A DNA stretch of 64,000 nt from Macrostomum lignano (Eukaryota), in the NCBI GenBank assembly GCA_002269645.1, contig NIVC01002849.1, positions 1 to 64,000 on the forward strand, given 5' to 3'. This document shows, piece by piece, positions 1-12,220 of this stretch; the first letter of the stretch is position 1, and every line of letters starts with the position of its first letter. Made by a program: the position numbers and the translations under genes. The notes beneath the pieces are model-generated. The model made no database searches, was not told the origin of the DNA, and was given only the letters and a program-made list of their open reading frames with translations.

Positions 1-342
1 AGAGGAGACTGAGCACTGATGAAGGGAGACTGAGCACTGATAGAGGGAGACTGAGCACTGATGAAGGGAGACTGAGCACTGATGGAGGGAGACTGAGCAC
101 TGATGGAGGGAGACTGAGCACTGATGGAGGGAGACTGAGAACTGATGGAGGGAGACTGAGCACTGATGGAGGGAGACTGAGCACTGATGGAGGAGGAGAC
201 TGAGCACTGATGGAGGGAGACTGAGAACTGATGGAGGGAGACTGAGCACTGATGGAGGGAGACTGAGCACTGATGGAGGGAGACTGAGCACTGATGAAGG
301 GAGACTGAGCACTGATGGAGGGAGACTGAGCACTGATAGAGG
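1..342. repeat. Minisatellite, 21-bp unit CTGATGGAGGGAGACTGAGCA, about 16 copies, cut by the window edge
   Basis: Tandem periodicity read directly from the sequence. Confidence 0.95.
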
Positions 343-1242
343 GTGAGTGAGTTTTCAATGGAGGAGTTTGATTGAGCGCTAAGCGACTCAGCCCTGGTTG
401 GGGTTGACTGAACCCTGATTGAGAGTGACTGCAGAGTATTGATTGCGGATGATTGCGTACATAAAGACTGAAGGTGAATGAAACAATGAGCACTAATTTT
501 GGGTGACATACAAGGCTGCTGCTGTCAGAAGCAAACTTCTTGTAAGCCAGCTGGGGCCTTAATTATGTCTGATCGTCTGACCGAGAAGACTCGAGAATAA
601 CTTTCGAAAGTATTTTAAATTCGAGCAGACGCCCGCTGGCAAAAATGGTCGGCATGATTAGAAAGAGTCAGAGTTCTGCAATGCATTTCTGAGTGCTCAA
701 TCGTGTACGCTCGTACTCGAACTGATTGACAAACAGAGAGATGCATTGAGATCAGCTAAACTGAAGGTTTCAGAAAACTTTCTTGCAGGATTTGTAAGCG
801 AACCTGCGATTCCAAGCTCTCTCAATCCACAAGATTCCTTTTTGACCAAGCAATTCGTCTTGGAAATTAAAAGCCATGCAATTTCAAGAAATCGGTGGTA
901 TGATATTCGCGTACCTTTATTTCAGTGTGCACAGACGGTGTCAACCTGCATTACTGCTACTCATGTGAGTTCTGAATGATCTGAACCTGCCAGCTGTACT
1001 GCGGCTCAGGGATTACAAACCCATTTTGTGTACCAAATTTAGGCTATAATCCGATCTACATGTATTTTCTAGGGAATGTGAAGCGGGCTCTGGAACTCCT
1101 ACAAAGTCGACCAATTGAAGCTGCCCGCTCCGTGGTAGCAGCGGCCGCAGCCTGCAGGTGCAGCCAGGCAATGAGGCAGTCATTCGCTCTCTGAAGTCCT
1201 ATCTTAGACAGGTGGATAGAATGGTTCGTAGCGGTTGTATAC

Positions 1243-1720
<478 letters not shown>

Positions 1721-2234
1721 ACGAATCTACATGTAAAAGCCATTTCAAAAACACAATCATCTCGACAGAGTCGGCAGGATCCCGACTTGGACCCCATCGA
1801 GATCCTGATGCATAGACAGCAAGATCCGCAGTGGATCCGTGACTGGCGCGACGGCAGATAAGCGCACGCATGATCAGCAGGAACTATATATACACACAAT
1901 CGACTGTTGCCGCTCTATTAGTACGGCTTGTATATCCGAAGCGAAGAAAAGTTTTTGTGCAAGTCCATTCTGGGACGCACAAATAGAATTGTTGCTATTG
2001 CCCAATCAATTGTGTTGCTTTTTGTTCTCACCACTTTTATTATTGTGCTGTACATGTAATAATGCCTAACTTCATTAGCTCGAAGCTACATGTACGTGTA
2101 CATGTATTCGTAAGCTCAAAATTTCACTACAGAAGCTCAAGTTTTTAGTTCACAAGCTTAAAATCTAATGGGCTTGGAACAAGCTTGAACATTTACATTA
2201 TTGAAATCGTTTAAGTTGCACGAGAGATAATGTA

Positions 2235-3201
2235 CTTCGGGTGTGTCATAAGTAATGTCACTGCAGGCCTGTCTAAAATATGTAGGCACATGGACTTGTG
2301 GGTAGTGTAGCTGCAAAGTATACTTAGTGAAGCAATAGCAGTGCATTTGAGACGTGCATAGGTTGTTTATGGCCCAAGCTATCGCAAGAATACGCCAAGC
2401 AGATTTAGCAAGTGCAACGCGATGAAAAATCGTCTATGCAGCGAACAAAAATCATCTTGAATCTTGACAAGACGCCTGCACCAAGCAGATCCGCAAGGTG
2501 TTTAGCAGCCGGGGCTTGAATGACATCCTAAACTGCCTGGTTGCTGAGGATGAAAGCTGGCTCCATCTGGATGGCAAGGGCAGCAAGGCAGATAATCGCT
2601 GCTGGTTGGGAGTTGGGGACTTCAGGCCGATGGTGACTAGGAAGTCCATCTCGGACAAGAAGACCATGCTGCTGGTAGCCTTCACGCCAAACAAACGAGT
2701 CTCCATCTGCACAACTCCACCGAACACCAAGGTCGATGGCCAGTACTTTATCGACTTTTTCCGGCACACTGGAGACCTCTGGTGCACTCTCCGGTCAAAT
2801 CCATGTCACCTGGACGAGGTTCTGTGGCAGATGGACACCGCACGGCTGCACACCTGAAGGCTGTTTCGAATTTTCTGCCTGCACGGCAAGTGAATATGCT
2901 CTGACAGTCCCTACAGCCCAGACTTCAACTTTTGCAAGAGATTTCTGTTCAAATGGCTGAAGGCTGACTTTTCCAAGAAGAGTTTCGCAAACCATGAAGA
3001 GGTAAAACAGGCCGCGTTGCACTGGTTATGGCAGTTGGAGGAAAAACACCTGCAGGCTGAGGTGGACAAGCTGTATGAGCACTGCCAGAGGGTGATTAAT
3101 ATTGGGGGACTCTATGTTGTTGAGTGGTACAGTTTTGTTCATCTGCGATTGCAAGTTCGTCTGTTTTCACATTAGTGACATTACTTATGACACACCCGAA
3201 G
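2235..3201 (+). mobile_element. Internally deleted mariner (IS630-Tc1-mariner) element, 967 bp, with a dead transposase
   Basis: Perfect inverted repeat 2232-2262 / 3174-3204 (GTACTTCGGGTGTGTCATAAGTAATGTCACT) with TA at both ends. One frame from about 2498 to 3115 reads VAEDESW...KKTMLLVAF...WQMDTARLHT*...*..SPYSPDFNFCKRFLFKWLK...HCQRVINIGGLYV. These match mariner catalytic motifs (TGDEKW, HDNARPH, YSPDLAPSD), but there are two stops and the third Asp is replaced by Lys. Confidence 0.9.
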
Positions 3202-3997
3202 TACGCATGCGCAGTGGCGTGACTACATGTACTTTTTATAGCAAGAACTCCGACGATGAGACAGTTGTATGAAATGCTTCCCACACACGCTCATGTATAA
3301 GTGATGATAGTCATTAAAATGAATGGCAAGTGATGATAACGATTAGGGTGTTTCACGTCTTACACTCCCATCCCTGTCAATACTCACAAAATCAGTCGGC
3401 AGATTCGATTCATTAATTTAAAGAATTCGGAAGTTAACCTTCACTTTTACATTTGAGGGCCATTTTCATTTTCATACTACTGCCATTTTACTGCATGTGT
3501 AAGCCTGTAATAGGCAGAAAATGGATAGTCTAAAAAGTTTATCTGACCACACTACTGGCAGTAAGCTAGCCAGTTCACTAACACCAATGTATACATTCCG
3601 ACTGGATTACATTACTAATCTAACAACAAAATCTTTCCTAAGAAGAAAATACACCAAAAGGCAGATAAAATTACACTTAGCAGACAGACAGAACTGAGTG
3701 CAGTGTTTATTTATTATTTTTATCAAACTGTAAGTCGAAAAAACCACTGGGCTGAATTAGCAAGCGCTATGAAGGCGCCCTGAATGAACAAGTTCAGAGT
3801 TGGACATTAGTAGGTTGCAATACACTGAAGGGTGAAGTTATAAATTGGCTTAACAGCAATAATTAGTAGTAAAAATAAGAGCATTAACACCGAGAGAGCC
3901 TTATCTGGTGTCACAACACATCCGTACACTTTCATCAATAAACATCGTCATTCCTGAACTCCCTTAAACGGGTTCGTTCAACTTCAACCAAACTGGC

Positions 3998-4142
3998 TTA
4001 GCAGGTGCCACAGTCGGCGATCACCACCGTCTTGGACGGCTTGCCGCTCTGGCTGCCGAGAGCCTCCATCTTCTTCACCACATCGTCGCCAGAGATCACC
4101 TCGCCGAATACAACGTGCTTGCCATCGAGCCACGGAGTGCTC

Positions 4143-4174
<32 letters not shown>

Positions 4175-4807
4175 GTTCGGGCCGGCATTGGCCATAGACA
4201 GCAGGAAGGGCTTCTCGTGCTTCCTGGCGAATTTCTCGTCCTCGAACTTCTCGCCGTAGATGGACTCGCCGCCGGTGCCGTTGCCGCGGGTGAAGTCACC
4301 GCCCTGGCACATGAACTGGGGAATGATGCGGTGGAAGCCGCTTCCCTTGTAGTGCAGCGGCTTGCCGCTCTCTGAAAAGGTGAGGCAGATGAATTCTTCC
4401 AGTGTCGATCTTAACATTCTAAATAAACATCAAACCACCATAATGTACTCTGCCGCGATGGATTGAAGCAGCCACAAGATTGCAGTAAAGTCAAGTACAG
4501 ACTTGTTTTTTTCTATTTTTGTTATTACATGCGCATGCATATTTGGAAGCAGCTAAAATATCGCGTGAACTGTCAAGGAGTAATAATATGGCTAATCTAG
4601 ACACATTTGAACTTTTAAGTTTGAAGTAAAAAACAAACTCAGGAGTAAACAGCAATATAAATTACACTTACTGCCCATGCCTTTCTCGCCAGTGCAGAGG
4701 CACCTGAAGTTCGCAGCTGTCTTTGGGACAAGGTCATCATACAGTTTGAAAACAATCCTGCCCAAAGGCTGGCCGTTGGTGGTGATATCGAAGAAAACGT
4801 TGGACAT
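3998..4807 (-). CDS. PPIA: Cyclophilin-type peptidyl-prolyl isomerase, divergent-loop type, copy 1; complement(join(3998..4371,4672..4807)), 169 aa
   Basis: Exon 1 MSNVFFDIT...[13 protein letters not shown] joins exon 2 [28 protein letters not shown]...[10 protein letters not shown]...IADCGTC across a phase-1 GT-AG intron of 300 nt. Total 510 nt, in frame. Confidence 0.96.
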
Positions 4808-6349
4808 CTTTGCGTTCAAATTGGGGCGAAAATGATGTAGTTACTGCAGGCAGTAGTAGATTCTAGCAAGATTTCCAAAGCGATTCTGTGTAGGCCCCCA
4901 GAGCGCTCGTTTTTAGCGACACTCAACGATAGAGAAGAGGGGTTGGGGAAGGTTAGGGCAGGCGTGGTAAGCTCTGACTGGATGAGAGAGATTTTCTTTC
5001 CACTACGGGTCTGCGTAGTGGAGAGAAAAATCGATATCAACCCTACACTGCTGTCGTAGGGTTTGTCTGTGAGTGTACATATTCTCCGTACGCTTTCCTA
5101 TAAGACCACTGTGTACACTCTTTCACGGGCGAGGGGTTGTCTAGGAATTTTACCACCCAATTCCACTGCCCAGACAAGCCTCCACAGTCCACAGCTTTAG
5201 GCTTCTATTACCCGTCTATCTTTTAGTTAAACGTGAGTCACACCGACAAACAAACAATATGGCAGTTGGGTTGGCTGGCTGGCCTGGCAGTTTAGTTCAA
5301 AAACATTTTTTAAAGTCCTCGGCTCATTCATTTTATTTCTTCCTTCCTTCAAAAGTTAACGTAACCTTTTTCATTTTTCGTCCTCGAGTTCGAGGTTCTG
5401 CTCTTGCCATGCCGGCCCCGCCCAGCGCCGAAAGAACCGCTTAGCCTTAAATATATACGGCGGCTTCCGACGAGCTTCGCCTTTTTTTCTAAATGCTATA
5501 TACTACATGTATGCTCGTTATACTAAATTTTCTTTATTCACGGTATTGTTAAGCGAGCATAACACGAGTACAAATGCATGTGCATGCAACGTTGCCAAAA
5601 GTCCAATTGTGAAGACTACACTATATATAGTGTTGTGCGAGTAAATGACTATACATGTATTGTAATACTGTAATTGACCAATATCGTGAAAGCTGCCAAC
5701 ATTGGGGGGACTGTAACCACTATTTATTAATCCAAATGCAGTGAGTCTAGTTTATTCTAACCTAGATCCTTCGAGCGTATTTGTACGAGCTAGATGGCAT
5801 GCAGTAAATTTAATAAAAAGCTGTATTGTCTTTATAAAGTAACTAACTACTCACAGTAAGATGTTAGCTAGTGCTTTTAGAAATTAAACGAAAAATCTTT
5901 CTAGCCAGCAGTTTTTAAAGCCGAAATAAAGGGGGGGGTTTAAAAGTCCACGAAATTTCACAACGCCGACAAAGCAATGTAGTGTGTATAGTATATGGCA
6001 TACTGAATAGCAACTTTTACGAAGTTCAGCTACAATATAACAATATTTATTTTTGCGGGAAACAATGTAGAATTTTGAGGGCGCTTCGACTAAATTCTAC
6101 ATTTATTTTTGCCCAGAAAAAATAAATGTTTATAATATTGTCATAATGTGAGAAAATTCCGGGCGTCAATGTCGAAAATTCCGGGCTCTGTGTTGTAACA
6201 TACAATAAGTTTTAAGTGTCTATGGCCATTCTTTCTTCTCATTTGTCAATTTAGGACCATAGACATATTGGCATAAGTATTTATGGGCTTAGATTCACTG
6301 TAAAAGGAAAAAGAACGTCAGGATACATTTTAATTTGTTAGCATGCTCT

Positions 6350-6795
6350 TACCACGCTTCAAACATGATCAATCACTTAATCAATTATTCAAATTTGCCT
6401 GGAGAAGTTGTATCTGGTATGTCGACCGAAGAGCTGGCCTGGATTTTAGCGGGGTCAAACCGCCGGTATTTGGAGGAATTGAGCAAGGAATTCGCGGACA
6501 AGATCGAGTCAGAAGAGACTCTCGACATTCCAGACGACGTGATTGGAGAGCTAAATGAGCTAGAATTCGATGGTATACCCGATTCTTCTGTTCGGCAGAG
6601 GGCCAGGACAATATAAACCGTTTAAAGAGATTTCTGGAAGGTAACAAGCTGTCAACTGATATATTACTAATTCCAGAGTCTATTTTGGCTAATTATCTGC
6701 GCTTCTTCTATTCGAGACTGAGAACAAAGGACAATCTGTACTATGCTCCAGCAAGTCTGATCTGAATTCGAGCAGGACTGCATCGCTTCTTGTTT
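6350..6795 (+). mobile_element. Decayed Crypton-like tyrosine-recombinase transposon fragment (ZMYM/QRICH1/KCTD1 DUF3504-associated family)
   Basis: An acidic leader (ORF 6335..6616) is followed, after a frameshift near 6600, by INRLKRFLEGNKLSTDILLIPESILANYLRFFYSRLRTKDNLYYAPASLI*IRAGLHRFL. This fits the L..FY...R.K.G..Y...SL..IRA.L.R.L pattern of the N-terminal domain of this family. Recognised by eye; no catalytic domain was recovered. Confidence 0.6.
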
Positions 6796-8386
6796 TGTTT
6801 GTGTTCCGTCTACTGAAATAAAAGTACGAGGCAAGAATTGCCACATTGATGCCCTGAAAATGCAGGCATCCATATACTAAAAATATGCCTTAAAAGTTAT
6901 GACAATAAAGCGGTGGGAGATTTCGACGAAGACAGAATCCTGCCGCTCTTTAGATGACTATCGGCCAGATTAATTCATTTATAATCTAATCCGAAGAAAT
7001 CTTTACTTCCCAAAAGAAGGATAACCAAGGAAATCAGAAGCAACCTAAAGTACTGTTCGAACTCAGCTTAGCCTAAAATGATTAAGTACATGGATATATA
7101 CAGTAGTAAGTTCTGTAGCCGAATATTGGACTGCATTAGACAAATGTATACATGCAGCTACAGTTAAACAATACTTTTGTGAAGGAATTACGAACATACA
7201 AGTGTCATATCAACCGGTTGTTGCTGCGAGCTCATGGAGAAGCTGAATAAAAAATCACACTTTGCTTAACTTCTGTGTGGGCCGTGGGGGTTAGCTGATT
7301 ACTGGGTAGCCATATAGAGCTTACCTACTGGGTCACTTTTACAACTCGAGATTTCATATTGTCGAAAGTCTTGCTTCTTACTTTCACCAGAGCGAAACAC
7401 TTTACAAGTTCGAAGATTTACGTCATCGAATTCGTTTAAGTTAGCGGAAGTGACTGCACTGACTAGCAAGACTTTGGAAAAGGACAATAAAATCTTAAGT
7501 AAGGCTTTAAATAATAATGGAAAAGAGCTAAGGAATGAGTTTTTTTATTGAGCAATTAATCTAGTTCTACATGTCTATCCTATATGTAAAATTTATTGTC
7601 CGGAAAGCAACCATTCCAGTTCTTGATTTGGAAATTTCTGGCCAAACTTATCTTCTGGTCCGACCTTTAAACATGGCTGAACATTAATTTTAGAAAGAAA
7701 AAAACATACAAAGCAAGCCTCACCGCACAAGTGTGCACAGATGAATAGAAAGCAGCAAAGATGTTGTCTAGTCTTGCGCTGATTTATATTTGTGTGTCGA
7801 CTTGGTGCTTTACTAAAAGTACACAGAAAAATATTTATTTATTGCTTGACAGAAAAATTCTGTGAGATGCAGGGAGAAGCGGTCGATTGCGTTTCTAATG
7901 GTAAAATATTTGCTCAATAGAACACACCGGAAACTACTAAGACAGACAAGTAGAGCGTATTCGGATAGTAAACTCCTAGGCCCACAGAGGATTAACGTTG
8001 GGAGGATAAGCAATAATTATAACCATAGTAGATTGATTGATAGAGTTGAAAACAGGAGGCTTAACAAAAAATTGTGCTCAAGCTGGGCTGTGCAACTAAA
8101 CAAAGACCAATGTGACTGATTAATTAATTAAAACAAAGAGTATAAGCTGTGAAATATAACAGTTAAATAATAAAAAAACGAAAACACTGGGATTAACTAG
8201 AAAGCGCAACTGCACTGCGAGAATATCTGGCGAGTTGGCCGAACCAACTGATTTAATAGGGCTCAGTTATAATAGTTAGACAAGAGCTGTAAGTCTAAGT
8301 AGTAAGCTGTTAATTTAAAACTGGTAGCAAAAACACTGCCACAACACATTAAGGTAACTTTAAGGTAACTTAAAAAAAACAGCCGC

Positions 8387-8531
8387 TTAGCAGGTGCCAC
8401 AGTCGGCGATCACCACCGTCTTGGACGGCTTGCCGCTCTGGCTGCCGAGAGCCTCCATCTTCTTCACCACATCGTCGCCAGAGATCACCTCGCCGAATAC
8501 AACGTGCTTGCCATCGAGCCACGGAGTGCTC

Positions 8532-8563
<32 letters not shown>

Positions 8564-9194
8564 GTTCGGGCCGGCATTGGCCATAGACAGCAGGAAGGGC
8601 TTCTCGTGCTTCCTGGCGAATTTCTCGTCCTCGAACTTCTCGCCGTAGATGGACTCGCCGCCGGTGCCGTTGCCGCGGGTGAAGTCACCGCCCTGGCACA
8701 TGAACTGGGGAATGATGCGGTGGAAGCCGCTTCCCTTGTAGTGCAGCGGCTTGCCGCTCTCTGAAAAGGTGAGGCAGATGAATTCTTCCAGTGTCAATCT
8801 TAACATTCTAAATAAACATCAAAATAACATGATGTACTCTGCCGCGATGATTGAAGCAGCCACAAGTTTGCAGTAAAGTCAAGTACAGACTTGTTTTTTT
8901 CAATTTTTGTTATTACATGCGCATGCATATTTGGAAGCAGATAAAATATCGCGTGAACTGTCAAGGAGTAATAATATGGCTAATCTTGACACATTTGAAC
9001 TTGTAAGTTTGAAGTAAAAAACTTGTCAGGAGTAAACAGCAATATAAATCACACTTACTGCCCATGCCTTTCTCGCCAGTGCAAAGGCACCTAAAGTTGG
9101 CAGCAGTCTTTGGGACAAGGTCATCATACAGCTTGAACTCAATCCTGCCCAAAGGCGCACCATCAGCAGTAATGTCGAAGAAAACTTTGGACAT
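8387..9194 (-). CDS. PPIA: Cyclophilin-type peptidyl-prolyl isomerase, divergent-loop type, copy 2; complement(join(8387..8760,9059..9194)), 169 aa
   Basis: Same structure as copy 1, with a phase-1 GT-AG intron of 298 nt. Exon 1 reads [23 protein letters not shown]... Confidence 0.96.
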
Positions 9195-11005
9195 GGTTAG
9201 GCTTGGTAAATTTGGTATTTATTAGATTTGAAGAAAACTATTCTGCAATGTAAGTTTGCATTCATGAATTATTCATTTTTATTGAGCAAAAATATTTTGC
9301 AAGTAAATAACAGAATAATAAAAGAAATGAAAAGCAATATACTATTTCTTAATGCATGGACATACCATTGATTTACTAATATAAATTAGTTTTTTCTATA
9401 TATGCTTGTAATGGATACAAAACTTTTAATATCAGGGTTATATCTATTATTATCACTTTTTATAAAACAATATAAAATATAGCAGATTGAAGGAGTGATA
9501 TGATACACAAAAAGGCTTTTTCATTAATTAAATTGTATTTAAGTTCAACTTATTATAATTTATATACTCATAGCTTTTATCTTCTAAACTTTGTTGTTGT
9601 TAAATAAGGTGGGAAGCATGGGCAACCTGCAGATCAGCCTAGAGAAGGGCTCTGCTGCTAGATATTTTGGGGGCCATATTACCAGGGGCCAAAGCCCAAG
9701 AGGCCCAGATTGGGACTAGGACTCAAGGCCTAGTTAGCAAGCCTTATTGGATGCTACAAACCCAAACCTATGGACTAATACAATGCCAACCTATAGTGCA
9801 ATCAGGAGGATGGGTGCAAAGACTGATGTACCCAAGCAACCCCTCAATGACAACCCCTCTGAGTATGCACAAAATTTAAAAAAATTAAATTAATAGCATA
9901 ATATTATTAATATTAGGCCTAACAATTTATATAATTTACCTCATAAAACATCATTAAAGCTTAGATTTGAGCTAAGATAGGATTCTTGTTCCAGCATATA
10001 CTAGGCTACTACACAATCTAGACCTTGGCAACTGAATTATATATGAGGTTAGAGTCTGACCAAGATCAGAATTTTATTTTCAAGTGAGATTAAGCAAGAA
10101 TTTTATTTAAAAAATGAGATAAGAATAAGAAGAAATGAGAATAATTTGATCAAGAATTGGAGATGTTGCTGCAATTGTAAATTTGTACAGAAGAAATAGT
10201 ACTTATGATAAGTTTGTAAAATTTAGCCTAAATTATAAATAAGTAGATAATAGGAAAACCAGGATAGGAAAAATCTGGTCAGGTGGGATCAGGTGGGATT
10301 GAATTCATAAAAGTTGGGACTTGGGGTTGGTCAGGATTAGGATCAATGTCTACCATTGGCATCTAGGCTTATTTAGGTAAAAGATGGCTAAGGATGCATT
10401 TATTATAATATATAGGCACGTGTATTGATTAGTATTAGTAGTCAAGTGATATCCTCCACCATACTAAAAATGGTTTGTCAGTAGTAGGTATCTATCTATG
10501 TGATCAATTAGAGAAAAAATGGCCCAACAGATTTTTTTAACTTGTACTGTTTGATCAGAAATTTTTTATGATGGTAAATGCATCATAGCTAAGAAATTGC
10601 TCGATGCTAAAGTGATTTAATATTCGAAAAACATAGCTTTTTTGCAAAGGTCAAGCAGCTCTTTTGACTTAAAATGCATTGTAAGAATGCTAGACAAAAA
10701 ACTGACTGGTTGAATTCTGATTCTGAAATAGATTGCATCACAATAGGCTTTTTATTTTATCGTCTGTGTACTGGCTGAATTTTGACATTGAATTGAATTG
10801 CATCACAGCGTTGAAAACGCAGTGTGGAAACATACCACAATACTTGATTTATATTGAGTAACCATATTAGTAACTTTATTAGAGACGGGTATTGACTTGC
10901 CTAAGAAATTGATTATATCATAACTGCTTTGTGTGACTTTTACTCTAACTGAATTAGTGTGAGTGTTGAATTATAAGTGCTACAAATTCACTTATAACTT
11001 CGATG

Positions 11006-11063
11006 AGAGCTAGCCTAGAGGTGAACAGATTAGACTGCTAATGCAGCAACCAGGGATCGAATT
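11006..11063 (+). mobile_element. Possible decayed tRNA-derived SINE head
   Basis: A-box-like TAGCCTAGAGGT and B-box-like GGGATCGAAT at tRNA-like spacing; heavily mutated. Confidence 0.25.
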
Positions 11064-11129
11064 TTAGTAGTGTAATAAAAGTAGTGTAATTTTTTTTATT
11101 GAAAGCTTTTATTAAAAGACTAATTAAAA

Positions 11130-11490
11130 AGACCTGGATTACTGCACTTGATAAACCAAGGGTTACTGCACTTGATAGACCAATGATTACTGCACTTGAT
11201 AAACCAAGAATTACTGCACTTGATAAATAAAGGATTATTGCACTTGATAAACCAAGAATTACTGCACTTGATAAATAAAGGATTATTGCACTTGATAAAC
11301 CAAGAATTACTGCACTTGATAAATAAAGGATTATTGCACTTGATAAACCAAGGATTACTGCGCTTGATAAACCAAGGATTACTGCGCTTGATAAACCAAG
11401 GATTACTGCACTTAATAAACCAAAGATTATTGCACTTGATAACCAAGGATTATTGCACTTGATAAGCCAAGGATTATTGCACTAGATTAG
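11130..11490. repeat. Minisatellite, 24-bp unit GGATTATTGCACTTGATAAACCAA, degenerating to about 11680
   Basis: Directly visible periodicity. Confidence 0.93.
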
Positions 11491-11699
11491 AAAGGGCTAT
11501 TGCACTAACTGAGACAGATTTTTTGACTTGATGAGTAAAGGATTATTGCACTAGATGAGAAAATGATTACTTAACTAGCTGAGAAGCGGGTTATTGTGCT
11601 GTCTAAAAAAGAGATTATTGTGCCAGCTGAGAAGTGGATTGTTGCACAACCTGAGAAGGCAATTATTGCATTAGCAGAGCACTAGCTACATGCTGTCTG

Positions 11700-12220
11700 G
11701 TGGATGCTTGCTATCTAGGGGGATGCTTGCTCTCGAGGGGGGTATTTGCTATTTGGAAGAGGGGGGTACTGGCTACATGTATGGGATTCTTTCTATCCAA
11801 GGATGCTTGCTATTTAGGGATTCTTGCTATCTGCAAGATGCTTGCTATCTGGGTGGATGCTTCAACAATATCTGGGGGATGCTTGCTATCTGGGTGGATG
11901 CTTGCTATCTAGGTAGATGCTTACTATCTGGGTGGATGCTTAAATAATATCTGGGGGATGCTTGCTATCTGGGTGGATGCTTGCTATCTAGGTAGATGCT
12001 TGCTATCTAGGTAGATGCTTGCTATCTAGGTAGATGCTTACTATCTGGGTGGATGCTTAAATAATATCTGGGGGATGCTTGCTATTTGTAGGATGCTTGC
12101 TATCTGCAGGATGCTTGCTATCTGTAGATGCTTGCAATCTGGGTGGATGCTTGCTATGAGTATTAGGGAATGCTTGCTATCTGCAGGTGCTTGCTATCTA
12201 GAGGGATGCTTGCTATCTTG
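11700..12220. repeat. Degenerate minisatellite, about 18-21-bp unit with core GATGCTTGCTATCT
   Basis: Directly visible periodicity. Confidence 0.9.

Noticed and set aside
5390-5490. TATA-like TATATATTT (minus) and a hairpin plus T-run upstream of cyclophilin 1
   Set aside because: About 650 nt from the ATG with no TSS evidence; the hairpin is only 4-5 bp.
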